A stretch of DNA of 62,919 nucleotides, the filler included, from Octopus bimaculoides (taxonomy: Eukaryota), in assembly GCF_001194135.2 (NCBI RefSeq). It is 4 parts of 4 records of this genome, joined end to end, with 100 filler letters (N's around TTAATTAATTAA, not from the genome) between each part and the next. Parts side by side here need not be neighbours in the genome. Positions count along the whole stretch, not along the records: positions 50,513 to 62,919 come from NC_068982.1; 3 more parts are not named here. The stretch is one strand, 5' to 3'. The translations under genes were made by a program, and so were the position numbers. Below the pieces are notes generated by a model that had not been told where the DNA came from, did no database searches, and saw only the letters and a list, made by a program, of their open reading frames with translations. Below, piece after piece: positions 52,481-62,919 of the stretch. The stretch's first letter is position 1. Each line of letters starts with the position of its first letter.

Positions 52481-52821
52481 TAATAATCGATTTTTTGCTG
52501 ATAATAAAATCTTATTAACCCCAGTATCTCCATTTTCTTATTCTTCATTCGCATGATTACAAACCATGGTTTATATATAAACCTATTATTTTATGGATAT
52601 TAACCCCGCACCCCCATAATATTAGGTATTGAACTAGTATTTCCTTGGATGATACCATTCCTCCACGAGGCCAGCTTAACCTCTACTTGAATTATATATA
52701 TATATCGAACTGAAGGATTACTTAATACTTTTAGTAGAGAACATGCTTATTAAACTTTTACAAGGAAAAGGTTGACAGTGATTTCGAAGTGTCGGCTAAC
52801 TTGCCGTTCCCTCCTTACTGC

Positions 52822-52882
<61 letters not shown>

Positions 52883-53493
52883 CTCTTCTTCTTCTTCTTC
52901 TTCTTCTAATACTTGACAGCACTTTTTTTAAATCACATTATTATGACCTTTTGAATGAATTGTATTTATGCCATATATTCTATTTGTAATCTGTATTTTT
53001 TTCAAGAAATTATATTCTTAACTGATTTCTGGAGTGAACTTTAAAGAGAGCTGATGTGGGAAATGTCATATAAAATTAAAATTAAGTTTGAAAATAATTT
53101 TTCATTAAAAAACAAAACAAATCTACCCCGCACCCGCAAAACCAGTCATTATGCATGGAAAGCAGTAAAAATTTACGCGTGTATGTGTGTGTGAACGAAG
53201 GAGTGAACTTTTTAATGTCATTCATAATTATGTAACGCTTTAATAAAGTGCTCTTATGTATTCAGTTAACTGATAATTGAGAGTTAGGTTTAGTAGTTCG
53301 CATCATGTTATAAATGCTGCCCTACCTTGTACCAATATTATACCCCTTTCATACAATGTGACATACTTGTACCAAATTTAGAAAGCAATAATAGATTGAA
53401 AAACAATTTGGTCGCCAGTATTTGGCACCTATCATTACCCGACAAATGTTGGTCCTGTGACTACCTAACAAAATCAATATTTTCTTATGTATC

Positions 53494-53618
53494 AGGACAG
53501 CGAGCTGGCGGCATCGTTAGTACACCGGGAAAAATGCTTAGCGGCATTTCGTCCGTCTCCACGTTCTGAGTTCAAATTCCGTCGAGGTTGACTTTACCTT
53601 TCATCCTTTCGGAGTCGG
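53494..53618 (+). mobile_element. SINE family C, 5' half
   Basis: gcgagctggc..aaatgcttagcggcatttcgtcc..acgttctgagttcaaattcc..cctttcatcctttcgg. Confidence 0.88.
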
Positions 53619-55361
53619 TCCACTGCACTATGTGTCCTGAGCCGTTGTCAATCCCATGTTTATGCAGAAAAATAGTGCGAACTTTTAAAACCTGGCTGCT
53701 TATATAACAGGCTATTTGATTCGAACATCTGTGACTCTTCGCAAGCGCACCGCATATATTTTGTGGACACAGATATGGATGACAGGTTAAGAAAGTGTTC
53801 TTTACCACACACACACACACACACGCGCGCATACAGTGAAGGTTCTTGGTCTGATTGATAGGAAGGTAGGGCACACGGTCGTGTGTTTAATTCCTGGACC
53901 GGATGACACGTTCATTCCTTGAGCAAATCACTTTATTTCACGTTGAAAATGAGTACTAGCTCAGTGTTGGTGCAGTCTTGCCTTCCTTCAGCTGTCACAT
54001 TCTGGATGTCGTGCTAGATAGAGGGCAAGAGGGCTGAGAGAGTAATTTATATCTGCTCTCGACTGCATAGGAACCTAAAACAATTAACAAAAGCATGGTA
54101 GATGTTATCAATCTATGCTTGCTTGCATATGGCTTCTGACTGAACAATGTTCTCCTCCCGACTAACCTCGTATCCTTATATGATTCAGTTGACCACCAGA
54201 AGTGATTATCAGACCGAAGTTATTTCCCAAATAAGCAATCAATACATCACATAATTAACATAAACATAACACTTAATATACATTGAAATGTTACTGAAGT
54301 GACTCTTAATGGTCTCTTAAATGATTCTTAATAAACTCTTCAGTGTCACTTATACGCTACAAGTAGTGGTAGAATTATGTATAATTTGTCAATTAATGAT
54401 ACTAAATATTAGAAACTCTATCCTCAGAAACGTGGATAAGCAATACTACATACACATACTCACACATATTCACACACATACACTAAATTATATTTATACA
54501 TAAACAAACATAAATAAAACAAACATAGAACATATTCATTATTGTAACCGTAGTAAAGTTTGAGCTATGTTTCTGATTATTATCCCTTTCGACTATTAAT
54601 TGGTAGGACTCCAATTGGCCGAGTTGATATGAGTGCCAACCTATCAACCAAAAGATGGATGTCTCCTATCTTCAGTTCTACATAATTTAACTATCACTGG
54701 CCAAATTGACCTAATTTAAGTGCGTATTATGGTAAGACAAGGAAAGAATCTCGACGGGACCTGCTATAAACAGTAGCCAAACGTCTCCCAAATCACACTA
54801 ATATTTCAAAAAGGAGACATTTGACAATGTAATCTTCGATACATTAAACCAGAAAAAGTAAAACGAGACGGTTATGGCTTCAGCATCTTTGATCACATGT
54901 CTGCACGATCAGGGCTGAACAAAGTTAAACGACAACACAGGCATCATGTAATCCCAAGTCCTCTACAAGCAAGAAAAGACAGCAGCGTGTCACGATTATT
55001 TCAATGGCTTATGTTGCTAGGTTTCAATAACCATCCATAGAAAAATATCTGAGATAGAATAGCGTCATATCCAGGAGTGGAGAACCGCTGACTTAATGAT
55101 CTATCAACTTGAAGACTGGGATGAACTTCAGTAAATCCTCAACATCATTAGTGTAGAGGTAGAGTCAATGTTAATCAATGAAATCTCATTGTCCAGGGAA
55201 GTCGGAGGTGTGTAGTAAGATGGGTAATTTCTTCTTCCACCTTTCCCACGATTTTTTCTTCCTGTTCATTCTTTGATATTAGTCTACCACTCGTAATATT
55301 TTAAATCCTCTATTACAGTCTATATAAAAAAAAACAAAAAAGAAACAGAAACAAAAAAGAA

Positions 55362-56108
55362 AGGTCTGGGAAATAAGCTGGGTGGGGAAGCACTTCGTAG
55401 CCAAGTTCCCTCAACTTCTGGAGCGTCATTACTGAAACGTGTGGTCAGGCATTGTCATGAAGAATGACTGGCCCTCTTCTGTTGACTAGTCTGGGACGGA
55501 GGAGTAGCAGGTTTTCGTTCATTTTGGCAATTCCATGGTAACATGTTTCTGCAGCAATGGTTTTTCCGGGTTTTAAGAAGTCATAGTGGATGAGTTAAGC
55601 AGTACACTACCAAACAGACACCATAACCTTCTTTGTACAGAATCCACTTTTCATCGCAAGTTACAATACAGTCGAGAAATGGATCGGTCTGGTTACGGAG
55701 AAGTAACGAGCAAATTTCATACCTGTGCATTTTCTGATTTTCATTCAAATCGTGTAGTACCCATTTGTCGAGCTTTTTTGATTTTCTGATCGCATGTAAA
55801 TGGCTGCGGGCAGTTTTCTGGCTAACTTGAAGTTCTTTTGCCAGTTCTCGAGTGGTTTTACGTGGATGTTTCTCAATGACGGTCTTTAATTGACCGAAAT
55901 CGATGACAAATGGGCGTCCAGTACGCTAAGGATCTTCAAGTCTCATGTCGCCACTGCGAAATCGTTTAAACCATTTTCGAGCTGACCACTCACTGGTCAT
56001 TTACTCACCAAACGTTTCGTTGATATCGTGAGAAGTTTCAGCTGCTTTACGTTCTTTTTTGAAGTTGAATAGCAAAATTGCTCGAATATCGAACTTTGAC
56101 AGTTCCAC
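55362..56108 (-). mobile_element. mariner (DD34D-type) transposase pseudogene, internally deleted and 3'-truncated
   Basis: VELSKFDIRAILLFNFKK..WFKRFRSGD..GRP..KKLDKWVLHDL..FLDCIVTCDEKW..KVMVSVW..ILHDNA*PH..LGYEVLPHPAYFPDL. Confidence 0.92.
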
Positions 56109-56289
56109 TTCAGATGATTGTAACGACGGTGAAAAAAATATCAATGTTAATTTATTGATGCATTTGGGCAAGTCTCTCTCTCTATATATATATGTATGTA
56201 TATGTATGTGTATGTGTGTATGTATATGTATGTGTGTATGTATGTGTGTGTATGTGTGTGTGTGTGTATGTGTGTGTATGTGTGTGTGT

Positions 56290-56497
56290 TCGTGTCTGTG
56301 TTTATTCTCCACCACAGCTTGATGAGCGGTGTTTGTGTGTTTTCGCGCCCGTAACTTTGCGGTTCGGCAAGAGACCGATAGAATAGGTACCACGCATAAC
56401 AAAACATAAGTACTGGAGTCGATTAATTCAACTAAAAATTCTTCAAGGCGTTGCCCCAGCATGGTCGCAGTCTAATGACTAAAGCAAATAAAAGATA
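56290..56497 (+). mobile_element. SINE family A variant, 3' half
   Basis: cccgtaactttgcggttcggcaagagaccgatagaataggtacc..gccccagcatggtcgcagtctaatgact, following a (TG)n block. Confidence 0.85.
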
Positions 56498-56935
56498 GAA
56501 ATTAGGCTAATTTCATTTTTAAGATTAAACTGAAGACATTAGAGACCATTAGTTTTCAGTCTTTTAAACTTCGTGGCCCACACAAAATCAAATATTTCTG
56601 ATATTAACTCACACGTATAGAACAAGTTACTTGTACACTTTGTGGGGAAGGTTAAAAGAATGTTTTAAATTTAATGATTCAGAAGAAATCTTGAAAATCA
56701 TTTATTGTTTCCTTAGTTTTAATAATCATAGTCGTGAGAAAATAAATTATGAATTATACGTTTTTGATGATGCTCCAGCGGTAGTAAGGATTTTCTATAG
56801 CCTTAGATTATATTTTTAAAAGACTCCCAAAATATCTAGATATCCCTTGCAGCACACCAGTTTAGAACGGCCACTGTATGGTCTAATGGCGTGTGGTGAC
56901 ATATATGCATGTATACATGCACGCGCGCGCTCACT

Positions 56936-57008
<73 letters not shown>

Positions 57009-57240
57009 TCTCATCCAACATGAATGCAATTACAAACATTCTCGAGAGGAGCGCGCGAGAAAATGCGAAAGCCCCGCATGAAATCATTAGTAGCAACATT
57101 AACCCGGAGATAAACGATATTTACTCACTAAATGCGGTATTGAGCACTCATACTCACTGTTCGAAATAATATTGCGCGCGCGTGCGTGTGTGTGTGTCTG
57201 TATGTATACACACACACATATAGATATATATATGTATATT

Positions 57241-57475
57241 AAGGCGGTGAGCTGGCAGAAACGTTAGCAAGCCGGGCGAAATGCTTAGCGGTATTTCGTC
57301 CGCCGTTACGTTCTGAGTTCAAATTCCGCCGAGGTCGACTTTGCCTTTCATCCTTTCGAGGTCGATAAATTAAGTACCAGTTACGCACTGGGGTCGATAT
57401 AATCGACTTAATCCGTTTGTCTGTCCTTGTTTGTCCCCTCTATGCTTAGCCCCTTGTGGGCAATAAAGAAATAAG
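57241..57475 (+). mobile_element. SINE family C, full length
   Basis: aaggcggtgagctggcagaa head, B-box-like GAGTTCAAATTC, core gcctttcatcctttcgaggtcgataaattaagtaccag (resembles the Deu/Nin-type conserved domain from memory; unverified). Possible low-complexity TSD atatatatgtata at 57226-57238 and 57476-57488. Confidence 0.92.
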
Positions 57476-59025
57476 ATATATATGTATACACACACACACA
57501 TACACACACACGTTTATATATGCATATGAATATAATTTTAGTTTGGCGAAGAGGGTAGTAGTCATAGGTTTGTAGGCCCTCTCTTACTAGAGAGATGGAT
57601 GCAGCTGACATTCAGTTTGAAAATATCTTCAACTGGGAATTGAAGTCCCACGTAGACTTGGCTCGAGAGGAACTTGTCTGGTTTACAACACTTTCCACTT
57701 GTTTTATAAAGAAATATTTATCTCTTACTTTGGCTCAGGGCCATGAATTGAACGGAAGAGTTATAATCGATTGAATCATTTCGTTACATGTTTGGTACTT
57801 ATTTTATCGATCGCAAAATTACTTACTTACTGGGAGACACTATTTCTCTGCCACTTCGCTGCCCGTTGTTTTCACTAATATTGATTACTTACATACATAC
57901 TTCGGCTTTATACTGACAGGGCATAAACTACTGGTCTGTTTTATAGGTATACGGCTTATGTATATATATATATATATATNNNNNNNNNNNNNNNNNNNNN
58001 NNNNNNNNNNNNNNNNNNNNNNNNNNNNNNNNNNNNNNNNNNNNNNNNNNNNNNNNNNNNNNNNNNNNNNNNNNNNNNNNNNNNNNNNNNNNNNNNNNNN
58101 NNNNNNNNNNNNNNNNNNNNNNNNNNNNNNNNNNNNNNNNNNNNNNNNNNNNNNNNNNNNNNNNNNNNNNNNNNNNNNNNNNNNNNNNNNNNNNNNNNNN
58201 NNNNNNNNNNNNNNNNNNNNNNNNNNNNNNNNNNNNNNNNNNNNNNNNNNNNNNNNNNNNNNNNNNNNNNNNNNNNNNNNNNNNNNNNNNNNNNNNNNNN
58301 NNNNNNNNNNNNNNNNNNNNNNNNNNNNNNNNNNNNNNNNNNNNNNNNNNNNNNNNNNNNNNNNNNNNNNNNNNNNNNNNNNNNNNNNNNNNNNNNNNNN
58401 NNNNNNNNNNNNNNNNNNNNNNNNNNNNNNNNNNNNNNNNNNNNNNNNNNNNNNNNNNNNNNNNNNNNNNNNNNNNNNNTATATATACATATACATGCAA
58501 ATAAAGGGTTAACGGCTATTGGGCATCGTTGAAACAAAGCATGTGTAGAAGTAACGATAATGGAAAAGGATGTCCTATTGGACTAGAAGAGGAAAGTTGC
58601 GAGATAGAAAGAAAGGTGGAAAAATAAGGCGAATCCAGGGCTAGGGGTAAATGCTAAAGCGAGAACCCTAGAGAGCATGACTGAATAGGTCAGCGAACAA
58701 ACAAGATAAGGAAGGGTGAAAGGAGAAATATGTACACACACACACACACACGCAGATACACACACGCAGATACACACACGCGCACGCGCATATGAATTAT
58801 GTGTACATGTGGCTGTACAAATGCTGCTGTTATATTCAGAGCCCCATATAGATTTTCATAATCCAGTCTGCTCTCTGTATAGTTGTTGATTACCTACTGC
58901 ACTTAGCAGTATTACAAGTTATGAGCTACAGAGTAAATGTAGGAAAAAGGAACTTTAATATAAACTTGCGTTTATCCTTATTTTTCCTATATATTTATAT
59001 GTGCGTGAGCGTGTGTGTGTGTGTT

Positions 59026-59058
<33 letters not shown>

Positions 59059-60938
59059 TTATATACATATCTGTCTATCTGTCTATCTATTTATCAATCT
59101 AATCTCTAAACAAGCAGTTGTGATAGTCGTACTTTTCTCAAGCATAAGAGCAGTATCTTGAAGCGGGTACAAAGCATCGAAATAAAAACGGATTATGGTG
59201 GAAGTCAGATTATTACTTTGTGAGTGGTATAGGTTAGTTGTGCACTTGAATAACTTTAGGAAGAGACATCTGTCGTAAATCTCATCAAAACACTTGTCAA
59301 TACAAACAGTAAATGTGCGCTCTCATCAAAATTCTCTCTATACAGAGATAGCAATCATCTAGGTGTGGCGACATACACCAGCAGATGACAGGTGAAGCTT
59401 ACAAAAGGTAGCCGTTCTGATAGCAATCAATCTCTCTCTCTCACACACACACGGGCTCAGGGCTGGTGCAGACAGATTATTATATAAGGTACCAGGCGCG
59501 ACATGATACAAATAACTAGACTGTTTGACTTTACAGCATTTAATTGCAAATTTCTACTTTCTGAGTTCAAATCCCGTCTCAGTCGGGTTTGGTTTTCAGC
59601 TCTCCAGGATCAATGAAATAAATACCGACAACTGAAACCTATTAAGTTAAAACTTCTCAATTAAAGCTAGTCTGTGTCTACCTCAAAACAGTCTTAATAT
59701 CATAAATGATACTATTGTGGTTTGAGAATGCAGTGGTAACTTGTAGTGCCTTAGGTATTAATTTCATTTAGTATGTAATCATATTGGCATGTGTCCATAA
59801 ATATCTAAGACTATTGGAATAGCTTGATAATTAGTGGGGTTAAATGAACAGCATAGGATTTCAGAAAACAGTTGGATATATTGGCTGTGTTGTACGCTTT
59901 CCTATAATTTCAGTTGATACTGTAGTCTTCTACTCTACTGGTGCCATAAATATATCTTACTTAATTCCATATTGTAGATCGTATTTCTTATACTGTTTGA
60001 GAGGGAGTTTGATAGAAATAGAAGGTAAGTGAAAAAGGAAAGTATTATTCTTATAAATATTAACACAGAACTTAGCAATTGGCAAAATAAAAGTAATCAA
60101 CTTTTCCTATAATCGTTTGCATGGTATTTTATTGGTTTTAAGTGTAGTGTACAAATATATGTAGAAAGTGGGGCGTACGAAACTAAAACAGACTGCCTTA
60201 GTACTAAGATAAGTAAGGGTCATTATATATATATATATATATATATATATNNNNNNNNNNNNNNNNNNNNNNNNNNNNNNNNNNNNNNNNNNNNNNNNNN
60301 NNNNNNNNNNNNNNNNNNNNNNNNNNNNNNNNNNNNNNNNNNNNNNNNNNNNNNNNNNNNNNNNNNNNNNNNNNNNNNNNNNNNNNNNNNNNNNNNNNNN
60401 NNNNNNNNNNNNNNNNNNNNNNNNNNNNNNNNNNNNNNNNNNNNNNNNNNNNNNNNNNNNNNNNNNNNNNNNNNNNNNNNNNNNNNNNNNNNNNNNNNNN
60501 NNNNNNNNNNNNNNNNNNNNNNNNNNNNNNNNNNNNNNNNNNNNNNNNNNNNNNNNNNNNNNNNNNNNNNNNNNNNNNNNNNNNNNNNNNNNNNNNNNNN
60601 NNNNNNNNNNNNNNNNNNNNNNNNNNNNNNNNNNNNNNNNNNNNNNNNNNNNNNNNNNNNNNNNNNNNNNNNNNNNNNNNNNNNNNNNNNNNNNNNNNNN
60701 NNNNNNNNNNNNNNNNNNNNNNNNNNNNNNNNNNNNNNNNNNNNNNNNNNNNNNNNNNNNNNNNNNNNNNNNNNNNNNNNNNNNNNNNNNNNNNNNNNNN
60801 NNNNNNNNNNNNNNNNNNNNNNNNNNNNNNNNNNNNNNNNNNNNNNNNNNNNNNNNNNNNNNNNNNNNNNNNNNNNNNNNNNNNNNNNNNNNNNNNNNNN
60901 NNNNNNNNNNNNNNNNNNNNNNNNNNNNNNNNNNNNNN

Positions 60939-60977
<39 letters not shown>

Positions 60978-61713
60978 TAGCTTTAAAGTGAATTAACACT
61001 TTAAAGAACAAATTTAATGTCTTTTTCTGATTAGAAAAATGGTTTCTTTTAATCCAGAACAAACAGAAGGTAGATTAGAAAACAAATTCTGAGTGGATAG
61101 TGTTGAGTTGAAAGCGTGTTAATTGAAAGTTTTTTTTTGTTTTGTTTTTTGGATAGAACACACCCCAGTAGGGTTTGAATATAGAATAATGTAGTACATA
61201 GGAACATACTTATTACTGGCATTTATTTCCATTGACTTAATGAGATAAAAACGAATAAAATTTAAACTTAGAAGAATAAGATATGGAACCAGAAATCTTT
61301 AACTTGAAAATGAGCACATTTTACCATCCGTGGCAATATCTTCGTCGGTATCAATCGATTACGGAAACGGGGGACATTAAAATGAACCTAGTTAATATAT
61401 AAGTATAAACGTTGCCCGAGACATCCAGATTATAACCTCTTAGTGACATATCAATATAATCAAGCGCCTATTCATTAATACTGCTTTACACGAGTGAGTT
61501 TCCTTTTCATACAAGTTTAAATTCTTGACGATCTTCAACCGCTGTTTCATCAATAAGCCTTATTTATTTCCTCCTCGCTTCTTTCATAATAACAATGGCC
61601 ACTGTCCATCAGATTATGCTGACTTGTTTATCCCATCTAAACCCTGTTTTGATTTTGAATTCACCATTTCCTTCCATCCCTATTTCTTCTAACCTCCCAG
61701 ACCTCATACATAC

Positions 61714-61910
61714 TCTCTTTACTTGTTTCAGTCATTTGACTGCGGCCATGCTGGAGCATCGCCTTTAGTCGAGCAAATTGACCCCAGGACTTATTCTTTG
61801 TAAGCCTAGTACTTATTCTATCGGTTTCTTTTGCCGAACCGCTAAGTTACTGGGACGTAAACACATCAGCATCGGTTGTCAAGCGATGTTGGGGGACAAA
61901 CACAGACACA

Positions 61911-61976
<66 letters not shown>

Positions 61977-62139
61977 CGACGGGCTTCTTTCAGTTTCTGC
62001 CTACCAAATCCACTCACAAGGCTTTGGTCGGCCCGAAGCTATAGTAGAAGACACTTGCCCAAGTTGCCACGCAGTGGGACTGAACCCGGAACCATGTGGT
62101 TGGTAAGCAAGCTACTTACCACACAGCCACTCCTGCGCC
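61714..62139 (-). mobile_element. SINE family A, full length, with internal (TA)n(TG)n microsatellite
   Basis: Complete head to tail; used as the reference for the other copies. Confidence 0.95.
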
Positions 62140-62505
62140 TATATATATTTCCACTTCTTTTTCTAGATGCGATGTTTTTCTCTAATTTTTAAACTTAAAA
62201 AAATCGAAACTGATCAGTTATGCATATCTCTTTATCTAGAAAAATGCATGAAAGGCTATGGATATATTCCTCATTCTTAAATTAAAAATAGTAATTCTTT
62301 CTGATTTAGTTACAAGGTCAGATATTTTGAAGAGAGGAGTTAGTGGATTCCATCGACATCAGTACTTGACCGATATTTTAATACATCGACCCTGAAAGAG
62401 TGGTATAGTCTCCTAGCAATAACTAGCTGTAAGTGGTTTTTATCATTGAGTGGCAGATATATATTCGAAGGAAAGAATGAACAAACAAAAACAGCTGCTA
62501 TCACA

Positions 62506-62814
62506 TTAGAGCATGGAATTAATAATTCAAACATACTTGTAGAGATGTTAGAAAAAAGGTATCATAAAGTCTCTTACAGCTGTTTCTAGAATAGCTGGAC
62601 GACGGGACTGGTAGCTACTAATATCCTTTATTGAGAATTTTCCTTAATTCTTCCTCGCTGAAGACGGTATAATTGGCTTTTATATGGAAATATTTGCTTG
62701 CTAAGATTTGCACCATATGCACAGCTACTCCAGAAACAGCTGTAAGATACCTTATGATACCTTTTACTCTAATAAATGTACAATTATGTTTGAATTATAA
62801 ATTCCATGCTCTAA
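62506..62814. repeat. foldback with ~92-bp imperfect arms, each carrying a hammerhead 3' half
   Basis: 62506-62597 pairs with 62722-62814; each arm read outward contains CAGCTAyTCyA-GAAACAGCTGTAAGA. Confidence 0.9.
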
Positions 62815-62882
62815 ATGATGCCACATGTTTGCCTATTCACTCTTTCTTATTATATGTGTGCGTATGTCTGTGTGTGTATTTA

Positions 62883-62919
<37 letters not shown>

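Larger units (their letters stand above)
51799..52548. repeat. 750-bp foldback of two head-to-head ~370-bp units, probably Penelope pLTR-derived
   Basis: atgaagaataagaaaatggagata.. at 51799 is the reverse complement of ..tatctccattttcttattcttcat at 52548. The arms stay colinear, with indels, to a centre near 52170-52185. Confidence 0.95.

Noticed and set aside
57580-57745. Protein-like short frames on both strands (MDAADIQFENIFNW.. and KFLSSQVYVGLQF..)
   Set aside because: Both strands look equally plausible, there is no recognisable homology, and the acceptor is weak.

Overview
Repeat-rich, AT-rich, gap-riddled animal genomic DNA. The tRNA-derived SINE families and dense (TA)n/(CA)n/(TATG)n microsatellites are most consistent with an octopus or other coleoid cephalopod; this is inferred from memory, not from a search. 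I recognise no host protein-coding gene, and nearly all ORFs in the track are microsatellite or N-run artefacts. Supported content: four decayed Tc1/mariner transposase relics (one Tc1, two mariner, one DD37D/maT-like) plus a weaker fifth; a complete non-autonomous Helitron; a TA-flanked MITE; many copies of three modular SINE families; and fragments of CR1/L2-, RLE- and Penelope-like retroelements. The most interesting signal is a family of minimal type I hammerhead ribozymes sharing a palindromic stem III (GAAACAGCUGUA). One copy has an intact core (49424-49546). Two sit head-to-head in a 750-bp foldback (51799-52548), each with a different lesion in the C3-G8 pair. A second foldback (62506-62814) carries the 3' half of the motif in both arms. 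Several unrelated near-perfect hairpins and a candidate promoter or first exon at a gap edge (20456-20498) also deserve follow-up.
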